In this document: piece by piece, positions 1 through 8,577 of the stretch
Numbering within the stretch: position 1 is the first letter of the stretch
Layout of the letters: every line of letters starts with the position of its first letter
From: Chthonomonadales bacterium
GTDB lineage: Bacteria > Armatimonadota > Chthonomonadetes > Chthonomonadales > CAJBBX01
Reading direction: 5' to 3'
Length of the DNA stretch: 64,000 nt
NCBI GenBank assembly: GCA_049967475.1
Contig: JBMFSQ010000001.1
Coordinates: forward strand, 150,600 to 214,599
The notes under the pieces: model-generated
What the model was told of the DNA's origin: nothing
Database searches by the model: none
The model's input: only the letters and a program-made list of their open reading frames with translations
Made by a program: the position numbers and the translations under genes

Positions 1-950
1 TCCTCCGTCCACTGGTAGGCAAGGGTGTCTATGAGCACGTGAGGATACTCTTTTGCGATGGCATCGGCGACTGCATTCACGAAGCGTAGCACCACGCCTG
101 AAGGGGCGCCCTCTTCTTTTTCTACAGCTTTGCAGTTTGGGCACTCGCATCGGTACCCTGTGTCGTTCTGGGACACGGAGAAGATGGTAGCGTTGGGGTT
201 TTCGCGGATCCATTGCTTCACACGTTCGATGCTGATGCGCAGGACGTCCGGGTTCGTGAGGCAAAGCTGGTAGTAGCCCTTCATCCGCTTTCCGTTGATC
301 ATGGAGAAGTACTCCGGGTGCTGGTCGAAGTACTCGTCCGGAGGAACGAGCGAATTGAAGGTATGCACGAAGGGACCGTAGGCGATGCGGCCGCCTACAC
401 TTTCGTCGAGGTTCTGAAAGTTGCCGTTTGTGCGATTGCGCACGGCCCAGTCACGGTCCATTGCCTCGGTGTAGTAGGGTTCGCGGTACTCAAACGATGG
501 CTTCTGGTGGATGTTGAGAGGGGGCAGGGTGATGGTGGGGCGGTGGGGGATTTTGCTGATGCGCTGGTTGAACCACCGGCAGCCCAGCACATCTTCTAGG
601 AGGGCATAGCACCCATACATGGCTCCGCGCTTTCCGCCGCCGGCAATCTCGATGCTGTTGCCTACCGTTCGGATCGTAAGTTCTTCCTCGGCGAGGGCAG
701 GATCTGTGCGAATCACGATCGCTTGGTTTGGTGCGCTTCCGGGTTGCATCTCCACCACAGGAAGTACCGCCCCAGACATTACCTGCAGAAAATGCTGCAA
801 CTCCTGGGCGCCATGGCGCATGGCCGGAGTTGCGCCGGGTGCCAGGAGGATGGCGTAGTGGCTCTTGCCGTTGCGTACGATGGTGAGACGCTGTGCCGTT
901 GCCGGCATCGCGAGGGGGATCAGCGCAGCCAGGATGCAGAGAGTTTTCAT
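1..950 (-). CDS. Secreted DUF4838-family protein (putative glycoside-hydrolase-like), truncated at window edge
   Basis: Not in the ORF track because it runs off the edge. Manual translation: GGAGG RBS, ATG at 950, signal peptide MKTLCILAALIPLAMPATA, then FVHTFNSLVPP..HPEYF..QLCLTNPDV..SVSQND..CECPNC..TLAYQW, typical of DUF4838 proteins. Confidence 0.75.
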   Translation of the reverse strand, partial: MKTLCILAALIPLAMPATAQRLTIVRNGKSHYAILLAPGATPAMRHGAQELQHFLQVMSGAVLPVVEMQPGSAPNQAIVIRTDPALAEEELTIRTVGNSIEIAGGGKRGAMYGCYALLEDVLGCRWFNQRISKIPHRPTITLPPLNIHQKPSFEYREPYYTEAMDRDWAVRNRTNGNFQNLDESVGGRIAYGPFVHTFNSLVPPDEYFDQHPEYFSMINGKRMKGYYQLCLTNPDVLRISIERVKQWIRENPNATIFSVSQNDTGYRCECPNCKAVEKEEGAPSGVVLRFVNAVADAIAKEYPHVLIDTLAYQWTE

Positions 951-976
951 GGCGAACCTCCATTGGGAGATATCCG

Positions 977-1597
977 TTACGTTGTGCCGTACAGCCGATC
1001 ACCGAAATCACCCAGCCCGGGCAGGATGTACTTCCGGGCGTTGAGCTGGCGGTCTACCGCGGCTGTGTAGATAGACGTCTGCGGAAAGTGGGTCTGTAGC
1101 CTTTGGATGCCTTCCGGAGCGGCCACGATGCAGATGAGGATGACGCGAGCGGGGTGATGCACATAAATGTCGCCGAGGGCCCTTTGGGCGGACCCGCCTG
1201 TGGCCAGCATGGGATCCACCAGCATTACGGTGCGGCCGGTAAGGGATGGGAGTTTGCGGTAATAACTGTTCGCTACAGCAGTATGCTCGTCGCGCTCGAG
1301 GCCAAAGTATCCCACTGTAACGTCGGGGAAGAGGTCTACAATGGCATCCAACATACCGAGGCCGGCCCTCAGAATGGGGACTACTACCAGCTCTTCATCG
1401 AGGATGGGAGCACTCATCTCTTCCAGGGGAGTGCGGATGGACACGTGCCTGGTTCGCAGGGATCGGGTGGCTTCCAGGGCCAGCATGAGGGAGAGCTTGT
1501 GCGTAAGGGTGCGGAAGAGGGCGGGCTTAGTGGTTTCATCCCGCAAGTGGGTAAGGTAGTGCTGAGCCAGCGGGTGTTCGACGATCACGAGCGACAT
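977..1597 (-). CDS. upp: Uracil phosphoribosyltransferase
   Basis: PILRAGLGM, DPMLATGGS, YILPGLGDFGDRLYGT motifs; start set at MSLVIVEHPL. Confidence 0.96.
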   Translation of the reverse strand: MSLVIVEHPLAQHYLTHLRDETTKPALFRTLTHKLSLMLALEATRSLRTRHVSIRTPLEEMSAPILDEELVVVPILRAGLGMLDAIVDLFPDVTVGYFGLERDEHTAVANSYYRKLPSLTGRTVMLVDPMLATGGSAQRALGDIYVHHPARVILICIVAAPEGIQRLQTHFPQTSIYTAAVDRQLNARKYILPGLGDFGDRLYGTT

Positions 1598-1704
1598 GGC
1601 GACCTTACCGTTGATCCCGCCGCCCAGGTGGGTGCGCACCCCAGCGCCGGGCAAGGTTCTGCAACCAGATGCGGCCGGAGGCAGCCAAAGCTGGCGCCCC
1701 GCCG

Positions 1705-2370
1705 CTAACCCACGATATCGGCGAAGATGTCGCGGAGCTCATGTTCCTTATCGGCATTGACGAGGGCGATGAGGCTGTCCCCTTCTTCGTAGCGCGTGTC
1801 CCCCGCAGGGATCATTGCCTGGTCGTGGCGGATGATGGAAATGATGAGCGCTCCGGCCGGCAGGGGTACGTCGCGAACCTGCTTGTTGAGGACCGGAGAC
1901 TTAGGCCCCACCTCGATCTCCACGATTTCGATGTTTCCCCTTTTGAGGGCGGCCAGGGGGATGACCTCACCCGTCTCGATCTCCTGTTCAATCAGATTGT
2001 AGATGATTTTGGTGGAGCTTACGGTGGCATCTATGCCCAGCCGATGAAACAGTTCCTCGTTGCGGGGATTGTTGATGCGGGCGATGGTGCGAGGGACGCA
2101 GAACTTGAGCTTCGCCATTTGGCAGATTACCAGATTGTCTTCGTCGTCTCCCGTCACAGCCACAACGGCATCTGCACGCGCACCGCCTGCTTCCTCCATG
2201 ATGCGCACTTCGCAGCCGTCACCCTGCATCACGACTTCGCCGAGCTCTTCGGCAAGGCGCTTGTGCCGTGCTCGATCCCGCTCCATGAGAAGCACTTCGT
2301 GGGATGTCTTTACCAGGGTGCGCGCCAGGTAGTATCCCACGCTTCCGCCGCCTACGATGATGATGTACAT
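1705..2370 (-). CDS. trkA: TrkA/KtrA-family potassium uptake regulatory subunit (RCK_N + RCK_C)
   Basis: MYIIIVGGGSVG Rossmann motif, GDG..VTGDDEDNL, C-terminal RCK_C (IIRHDQAMIPAGDT). Confidence 0.9.
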   Translation of the reverse strand: MYIIIVGGGSVGYYLARTLVKTSHEVLLMERDRARHKRLAEELGEVVMQGDGCEVRIMEEAGGARADAVVAVTGDDEDNLVICQMAKLKFCVPRTIARINNPRNEELFHRLGIDATVSSTKIIYNLIEQEIETGEVIPLAALKRGNIEIVEIEVGPKSPVLNKQVRDVPLPAGALIISIIRHDQAMIPAGDTRYEEGDSLIALVNADKEHELRDIFADIVG

Positions 2371-2426
2371 AATCTCTTCCAGCCGGGAGGGGCGAGTGCG
2401 CACCCTCCGTGGCAAAGATGGATCTT

Positions 2427-2879
2427 CTATACGTTGAGGGCCAGATACTCAGCGTTATAGTCCTTGGCGATGGCCCACTCGCCCGTGGTGAGGAAGTCCC
2501 TCAGAAGTCCGGACAAGATCGTCGTTCCGCAGATGGTGATGATGCCGTGGGTCCGGTAGATGTCGGCGCGGACGGGATCATTGATGCGGGAGATCACCGT
2601 CTTCACATTGTAGACGATCTTGGCGATCTGCGCCGCCATGATGTTCCGGTTATCTCCTTGCGTTACAGACACGAATACGTCGCACTTCTCGATGCCGGCT
2701 CGCTTGAGCACCTCTTCGTCAATGCCGTTGCCGATGATGCGCTGTCCGCGGAACCTGCTACCCAGGCGGCGGAACGCCTCGCTTTGGAGGTCTATCACCG
2801 TTACGTTGTGGCCGTCATGGTGCATGAGGCGGGCGAGCGTAGACCCTACGCGGCCGCATCCCAGGATGATCACATTCAT
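2427..2879 (-). CDS. TrkA-N (RCK_N only) potassium uptake protein
   Basis: MNVIILGCGRVG, VTQGDNRNIMAAQIAK; 150 aa with no RCK_C domain. Confidence 0.88.
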   Translation of the reverse strand: MNVIILGCGRVGSTLARLMHHDGHNVTVIDLQSEAFRRLGSRFRGQRIIGNGIDEEVLKRAGIEKCDVFVSVTQGDNRNIMAAQIAKIVYNVKTVISRINDPVRADIYRTHGIITICGTTILSGLLRDFLTTGEWAIAKDYNAEYLALNV

Positions 2880-3080
2880 CAGTGCACGCTCTCCTCGTTG
2901 CCGGCATCCGTGTGGCGCCGGCAGTCCTCAGCCGGGCCCTGCATGGAGATGAACCGGCATCTTTGTAATATACCTGCCGAACCGGCGCTTTCCCTGCCCC
3001 CGTGTCGCGGAAGAACCGTCGCAAAACAGGCGCTTTGGGGTACGTTCCGTTGCGGGCCGGTGCGGGGATGCGCAGCCGGG

Positions 3081-3917
3081 CTAGAACTCGTCTTCAATGC
3101 CTCCTACAGGTAACGTGTCCGGTTGTTCCCCAACTTCCGGAGCCTTGCGGCCGACCAGAACGCTGCAGGGGGCACGCCGCAACAGCAGCTCTGCAATCTC
3201 GAAGAAGCGCGCATCCTCGCTTCGATGGGCAAAGCCGCCCACAACCACACACACGGCTTTGAGGTTTCGCAGTATCTGGAGGAGTCCCTCGTCTGGATCC
3301 CGAACGCGCTCGATGGAAGCGAAAGGGGTGAGCCCATGCTTGCGGGCACGCTGAACGGCCTCCTGCAGCACGCGGCTGGCGGCTTCTTCTTCTTCCAAAA
3401 GAGGGGAAGTCAGCGGCAGGTTCCGCGACACTTCCAGCAGATACACCAGGTGCACCGGGGCTTTGAGGTCCCGAGCTAGGCGTGCAGCGAGCACAAGCGC
3501 GTGCTCAATATCGAGCCCCGAGAGGATGGGGATGATAATGCCGGCGGACCGTTCGCCACGGCCGTTGCCTTCCGCAGCGGCGGGCTCGCTCAACTGTAGC
3601 GATGCCCGGGCTTCCTCGAGAGAGCGCGCGATGGGGAGCTGGGAGCGGACCCCGGGTACGGTACGAAGCACCTGTTGCACGTCATCCGGAAGATTACAGA
3701 CTACGATGCGCGCCCCTGCCGATTGGATATCGCGGAGGGCATCCAAGAAGGTGCGCGCGCCTTCATCGGTTACGTGTTCCAATCCCGAGCAATCTATGAT
3801 GATGCCTTCGGGATGTGTCTTGAGAAGCAGGTTTGCCGCCGCCTTGATGGTGAGCCACTGGTTCTTCACGAGGCTCCCTGTTAGGCGTATGACATTGTCT
3901 TTGGTGGTTACGATCAT
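3081..3917 (-). CDS. STAS domain + universal stress protein (USP) domain fusion
   Basis: N-terminal IIIDCSGLEHVTDEG..ARIVVCNL (STAS-like); C-terminal LVYLLEV..LLRRAPCSVLV (USP). Confidence 0.75.
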   Translation of the reverse strand: MIVTTKDNVIRLTGSLVKNQWLTIKAAANLLLKTHPEGIIIDCSGLEHVTDEGARTFLDALRDIQSAGARIVVCNLPDDVQQVLRTVPGVRSQLPIARSLEEARASLQLSEPAAAEGNGRGERSAGIIIPILSGLDIEHALVLAARLARDLKAPVHLVYLLEVSRNLPLTSPLLEEEEAASRVLQEAVQRARKHGLTPFASIERVRDPDEGLLQILRNLKAVCVVVGGFAHRSEDARFFEIAELLLRRAPCSVLVGRKAPEVGEQPDTLPVGGIEDEF

Positions 3918-3919
3918 GA

Positions 3920-5959
3920 CTATTTAATGGGTTGCTGACCTGCAGCCTTCGCCTGGGCTGGATCAAGGAAGTACCGAACGTTGGCCACAATCACGCCCGG
4001 ACGACCCATAAGGTACAGCTTCACCAGAAGGCCGTTGGCGTTGTGGAGGAAGCTGTGCCACCACCGGTTCGACACGAACTCCGGCACCACAACCGTTACC
4101 ACATGATGGGGCCGCTCCTTTTGGACCTCGTCCAAATAGGCCATCAGGGGGCCGATTACCGAACGGTAGGGCGATGGAAGGATCACCAGGGGGATCTCTT
4201 CTCCTACATACTGTTCCCACTCCTTCAGGAGGCGCGGGGTGCTCTCTGGGTCTATCTCAATATGGATGGCGCGGCAATCAGGAGAGATGGAGCGGGCATA
4301 CTCGAGGGCAGGGAAGATGCCGCGATGCAGGCTGGGTACGAGGAGGAGGACGGTGTTGGAGAAGGGCACTGGGTCGGGCTGATACCCTACGAGGGAAAGC
4401 TTCTGGCGGATGTATTCGTAGTGGCGATGGATGCCCAGAAACGTGGCGATGAGGATGGCCGCAACCACGATGACAATCCATGCGCCTTCAGGTGCCTTCT
4501 CCACGATGATGTTCGTAAGCACCACAAACGTCGCGGCCGCTCCGACACCGTTGATGATCATTTTGAGACGCCAGTGCGGCCCCTTGAGGCGCCTCCAGTG
4601 GACCACCATGCCGCTCTGTGAGAGTGTAAAGGCGGTGAATACCCCCACAGCATAAAGTGGGATCAATCGGTCCACACTTCCTCGAAAGACCGCCAGGAGG
4701 ATGATGGCGGAAGCGCCCAGGATCAGGATGCCGTTGGAAAAGACAAGCTTGTCACCCTGGTTGGCGAGTTGCCTTGGTGCGAAGCGGTCGCGGGCGAGGA
4801 TTGCTGAAAGGCGCGGGAAATCTGCGAAGCTGGTTTGGGCGGCAACTACCAAGATAGCGAGGGTGGAGAATTGCATCGCATAGTAGAGCCCGACGCGGAT
4901 CCCACTCACTGGGAGACCTACTCCGGGTTTTCCGAAGATGGCGCTGGAAAGCTGGTCAATCACAGGAGGAGCCGTCCGTTGGGCCGTTTCCCAATAGACC
5001 ACGTGGAGCTGCGCGGAGAGCCACGAGATGCCCATCAGCAGGGTGCCGAGGATGATGCCCATCCACGTAAGGGTGATGGCGGCGTTGCGCGATTCCGGCT
5101 TCTGGAATGCGGGTATGCCGTTGCTCACGGCCTCGGTACCCGTCATGGCGGAACATCCGTTGGCGAAGGCGCGAAGCACTACGAAGATGAGCGCCGTTCG
5201 AGAAAGAGCGGAGGCCGGCGTAAAATGTCCCTCCACAGCTTGGTTGACGGCTTGCGGAAAGATGCGCCACCACCCCAAGGTTACGCCTGCTATGCCCAGA
5301 GTGATCAGCAGATACCCCATAAAGATGAACGAATACGTAGGCAGGGCAAAGAGTGCCCCAGATTCCCTAAGACCCCTGAGATTGGCGAACGCAATGAGGA
5401 CAACGCACAGGATGCAGACGAGGACAAGGTCTCGCCGAAAAGGAGCCATCAGAGGTGTGGCCAGAAGGTTCTGGACGCCCGAGGCGATGGACACCGACAC
5501 CGTCAGGATGTAATCTATGAGTAACGCTGCGGCAGCTATCAATCCCCATCCTACGCCCAGGTTCTCCTTGCTTACAATATAGGAGCCTCCGCCCGAAGGG
5601 TAAGCAAAAATCGTCTGCCAATACGAGGCGACCACCACGGCTAACAGGACGACGATGGCGAGGGTTACGCCCATGGTAAGGCGGGCATAGGTGACGCGTT
5701 GTTCCATTACCCAGAGGCCCGCGCCGCCGAGGGCGAGGAGGATCTGCTGGGTGGCGTACGCCACGGAGGAGATGGCGTCGGAGGAAAATGTAGGCAGCGC
5801 AAGAATCTTGGGGAGCTTAGTGTGCTCCTGATGCTCTGTGGCAACGGGGTGTCCGAACAAAAGGCGGCGGATCGGATTTACGTCATAGATCTCTCGCCGC
5901 TTGCGAGTTCTTCCGCCGAGCGGCGACTGTATCGCCGTGCTCTTGTGCGCAATTGCCAT
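3920..5959 (-). CDS. APC-fold transporter of the KimA/YdaO type (probable K+/H+ symporter)
   Basis: FSSDAISSVAYA, AYPSGGGSY, AMTGTEAVSNG, LIPLYAVGVF; C-terminal cytosolic domain SPYRSVIGP..VPEFV..WWHSFLHN. Confidence 0.88.
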   Translation of the reverse strand: MAIAHKSTAIQSPLGGRTRKRREIYDVNPIRRLLFGHPVATEHQEHTKLPKILALPTFSSDAISSVAYATQQILLALGGAGLWVMEQRVTYARLTMGVTLAIVVLLAVVVASYWQTIFAYPSGGGSYIVSKENLGVGWGLIAAAALLIDYILTVSVSIASGVQNLLATPLMAPFRRDLVLVCILCVVLIAFANLRGLRESGALFALPTYSFIFMGYLLITLGIAGVTLGWWRIFPQAVNQAVEGHFTPASALSRTALIFVVLRAFANGCSAMTGTEAVSNGIPAFQKPESRNAAITLTWMGIILGTLLMGISWLSAQLHVVYWETAQRTAPPVIDQLSSAIFGKPGVGLPVSGIRVGLYYAMQFSTLAILVVAAQTSFADFPRLSAILARDRFAPRQLANQGDKLVFSNGILILGASAIILLAVFRGSVDRLIPLYAVGVFTAFTLSQSGMVVHWRRLKGPHWRLKMIINGVGAAATFVVLTNIIVEKAPEGAWIVIVVAAILIATFLGIHRHYEYIRQKLSLVGYQPDPVPFSNTVLLLVPSLHRGIFPALEYARSISPDCRAIHIEIDPESTPRLLKEWEQYVGEEIPLVILPSPYRSVIGPLMAYLDEVQKERPHHVVTVVVPEFVSNRWWHSFLHNANGLLVKLYLMGRPGVIVANVRYFLDPAQAKAAGQQPIK

Positions 5960-6075
5960 AATCCACAGATCCCAAAGCCTGGCTCTACCTCGCGGCGCTG
6001 CCCTACACTAGATCGGGTACGCGCGATGCCGGTTCTGTTTGAAGGCGGCCGCATTCGCCTTGTCGCGGCCACGTG

Positions 6076-6104
6076 AGTATAGCCCAAAGCCCCGGCATTG
6101 TAAA
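6076..6104 (-). promoter_or_regulatory. Sigma70-type promoter for the KimA-like operon
   Basis: TTTACA-N17-TATACT on the minus strand, about 115 nt upstream of ATG 5959. Confidence 0.7.
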
Positions 6105-6137
6105 CCGCTTCCGGTGAAACGGGTGCATTCCTCAGGT

Positions 6138-6165
6138 GCAGGGATTGGCGGCGCATATGCCGAAT
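6138..6165 (+). promoter_or_regulatory. Sigma-H-like promoter motif
   Basis: GCAGGG-N18-GAAT, 47 nt upstream of ATG 6213; the same geometry recurs elsewhere in the window. Confidence 0.5.
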
Positions 6166-6212
6166 AGGCGGCTGTGCCCATACAAAACCCGTGCTTGGCG
6201 GAGGGGCAGACC

Positions 6213-8549
6213 ATGAGGATGCGGCTGGATCCCCTGGAATATCTGGAGCGTAGGGACAAATGGTACCTCGGGGGCGGGCGCGCCCTAGTCTACGCACCAC
6301 CCTTTCCGAGGCACCTGGGTACCCTGGGCTTTTGGGATGAGGCCCACTTCGCCGACCTGAGGCTGGAGCGCCTCTACACAATCCTTCTATTGGATGAAGA
6401 CGCTCGGCCGGTCGCTTTTTCCAGAGAAAGCAGCCGTTGGACGCCCGACGCATTCACACAAACCTACTTCGCGCCGGGCGGATTGCGCATGCGTGAAGAC
6501 CGGCTGGTGTCGGCCCACGATGTTTTGGCATCCCGCCTGCGGATCCACAATGAAGGCCGCCGGCCTCGAAGCCTTCATGTTATTCTGTGGTCCCTTCAAA
6601 ACAGTTCCAGCGGTTCTGGGGTTTGCGATGTGCTTCGTTCGGGCGAGTACGTGTCCCTATCCTTGGCATTCCCTGTGCAGCCGCCTGGCGGGGCTGAGGC
6701 ACCGGCGGAGGTGTACGGGTGGGGATCAGAACGAGAGCGCAAGGCAGCCGAAGGCCACCGGCTCTTTGTTGCCCTCGGTTCCGACGCTCCGTTGCGCTCG
6801 TTTACTGTGAGTTTGGCAGAACCGTGTTCCGGCGAGCCGTTGTGGGAAGTATCCATTGTGCCGGAGGCGCTGCGCGACGGCTGTTTCGACAACCAGATCC
6901 ATGCCCCAGTGGAACGACATCGGCAAGCCCTGGTACAAGTGCATTGCTGTATGCAATACAGGTTGGAATTGCCGCCTGGGGAGAGCCGCACGGTGCAATT
7001 CGGAGCTGCCGTGAACCTCTCCCGAGATCGGGCATTGCAGGATCTTCAGCACGACCTTCAATCCGACGTTGCGGCGGCCTCTCGCGCTTCATGGCAAAAC
7101 ACTTTTCGGGGTGTGCCCTACTTCGAATGCTCCGATGGTTACATTCAAAAGTATTACTGGTATCGTTGGTACGGGCTGAGGCTCCTTACCGTAGATCTTT
7201 CCGGAGAAGACGCCCCAGGGCTCCCGTTCCCGTGTGTGTTCGAGGGGATTGGAGGCTTCCGCAGCCATATTTCGTATTCTGCGCAGTGCCATCTGCTGGA
7301 GGCCGGATGGATGCGCGACCCCGCTTTGGCCTTCGGGTGCATCGAAGGCATGCTCGCCGCACAACAGAACAGCGGCTTCATCCCAGGGCATCTATATCTG
7401 TGGCGGCAGGACCGTGGGTTCTACCACGCCAACTGGGGTGCCAACGCGCTCCAGGTGGCTCGCATCACTGGGGACATCGCCTTCGTGGAACGCATCTATC
7501 CTGGGCTATGCCGCTACGCCGACTATTTCGAGCGCGAACGCGACCGAGAAGACATGGGTCTCTTCGATGTGGTGGATCAGGGCGAAACCGGTCAGGAGTA
7601 CTCATCACGGTACTTGTTTGCGGATGAGCGTGCAGACGAATGGGGCCGCTTCCAGCTCAAGGGCGTAGATGCGACCGTGTATGTTTATAGCACGTTGCGC
7701 GCGCTGGCCGAGATGGCCCGGTTGTTGGGTAAGAACCCCGAGGCCGAGGTGTGGGACCGGAAGGCAGACAGGGTTCGCCAGGCTGTGCGTGATTTGATGT
7801 GGGATCCTGATCGCCGCTTCTTCTATGACGTGGATCCGCGCACAGGCCGGCGCTCCCCCTACAAGGCGGCGGTTGGCTTCTACCCATTCCTGTGCGATAT
7901 TGCTACTGCGGAGCACCTTCCGGCCATCTGGGAGCATCTGCTGAACCCGGCGGAATTCGCTACCCCATGGCCCACACCAACTTCCAGCGTGGATGACCCT
8001 TACTTCAGCGCCGAAGGGGAGTGGAAGGGCGTGCGTATGAGCTGCCCATGGAACGGCCGGGTATGGCCCATGACGAATTCCCATGTATGCGAAGCCCTGG
8101 CCACTGCCGCATTGACGCTGGATCCGGCCCTCCGAACCCATGCCGTAGATTTCATGCAGCGCTTCATCCGGATGATGTTCTGGTTCGGAGATGTGGAGCG
8201 GCCCAATTGCTTCGAGCACTACAATCCGTTCACTGGATCCCCGTCAGCCTATCGCGGTATAGACGATTACCAGCACTCCTGGGTTGTAGACCTTCTCATC
8301 AAGTATCTGGTGGGGATACAACCGCCGGTAGCCGACACACTGGTTCTGGATCCCCTGCCGTTTGAAGTAGACAGCTTTCGTATGGAGGGCTTGTACCTCC
8401 GCGGCCATAATGTTGACGTGTGCTGGGATGTGTCCACGGGCTACGTAGTCTGCGTGGATGGCCAAGAACGGGCCCGCAGCCCTCAGCGCACGCATCTGGA
8501 GGTGCCCTTGGACACGGCTGCAGGGAAGCCGGGGCCGCCTCCTGCTTGA
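6213..8549 (+). CDS. GH63/MGH1-like (alpha/alpha)6 glycoside hydrolase
   Basis: YWYRWY, GETGQEYSSRY, MWDPDRRFFYD, WNGRVWPMTN, FEHYNP motifs; GGAGGGG RBS before ATG 6213. Confidence 0.75.
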   Translation: MRMRLDPLEYLERRDKWYLGGGRALVYAPPFPRHLGTLGFWDEAHFADLRLERLYTILLLDEDARPVAFSRESSRWTPDAFTQTYFAPGGLRMREDRLVSAHDVLASRLRIHNEGRRPRSLHVILWSLQNSSSGSGVCDVLRSGEYVSLSLAFPVQPPGGAEAPAEVYGWGSERERKAAEGHRLFVALGSDAPLRSFTVSLAEPCSGEPLWEVSIVPEALRDGCFDNQIHAPVERHRQALVQVHCCMQYRLELPPGESRTVQFGAAVNLSRDRALQDLQHDLQSDVAAASRASWQNTFRGVPYFECSDGYIQKYYWYRWYGLRLLTVDLSGEDAPGLPFPCVFEGIGGFRSHISYSAQCHLLEAGWMRDPALAFGCIEGMLAAQQNSGFIPGHLYLWRQDRGFYHANWGANALQVARITGDIAFVERIYPGLCRYADYFERERDREDMGLFDVVDQGETGQEYSSRYLFADERADEWGRFQLKGVDATVYVYSTLRALAEMARLLGKNPEAEVWDRKADRVRQAVRDLMWDPDRRFFYDVDPRTGRRSPYKAAVGFYPFLCDIATAEHLPAIWEHLLNPAEFATPWPTPTSSVDDPYFSAEGEWKGVRMSCPWNGRVWPMTNSHVCEALATAALTLDPALRTHAVDFMQRFIRMMFWFGDVERPNCFEHYNPFTGSPSAYRGIDDYQHSWVVDLLIKYLVGIQPPVADTLVLDPLPFEVDSFRMEGLYLRGHNVDVCWDVSTGYVVCVDGQERARSPQRTHLEVPLDTAAGKPGPPPA

Positions 8550-8577
8550 GAAGAGGCTTCAGGGCGCGGATGAGCAG

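Noticed and set aside
5960..6075. Possible c-di-AMP (ydaO) riboswitch ahead of the KimA-like gene
   Set aside because: The leader is only about 110 nt and lacks the GCTGAATCC and GGAACC/GGGG..AATC conserved elements
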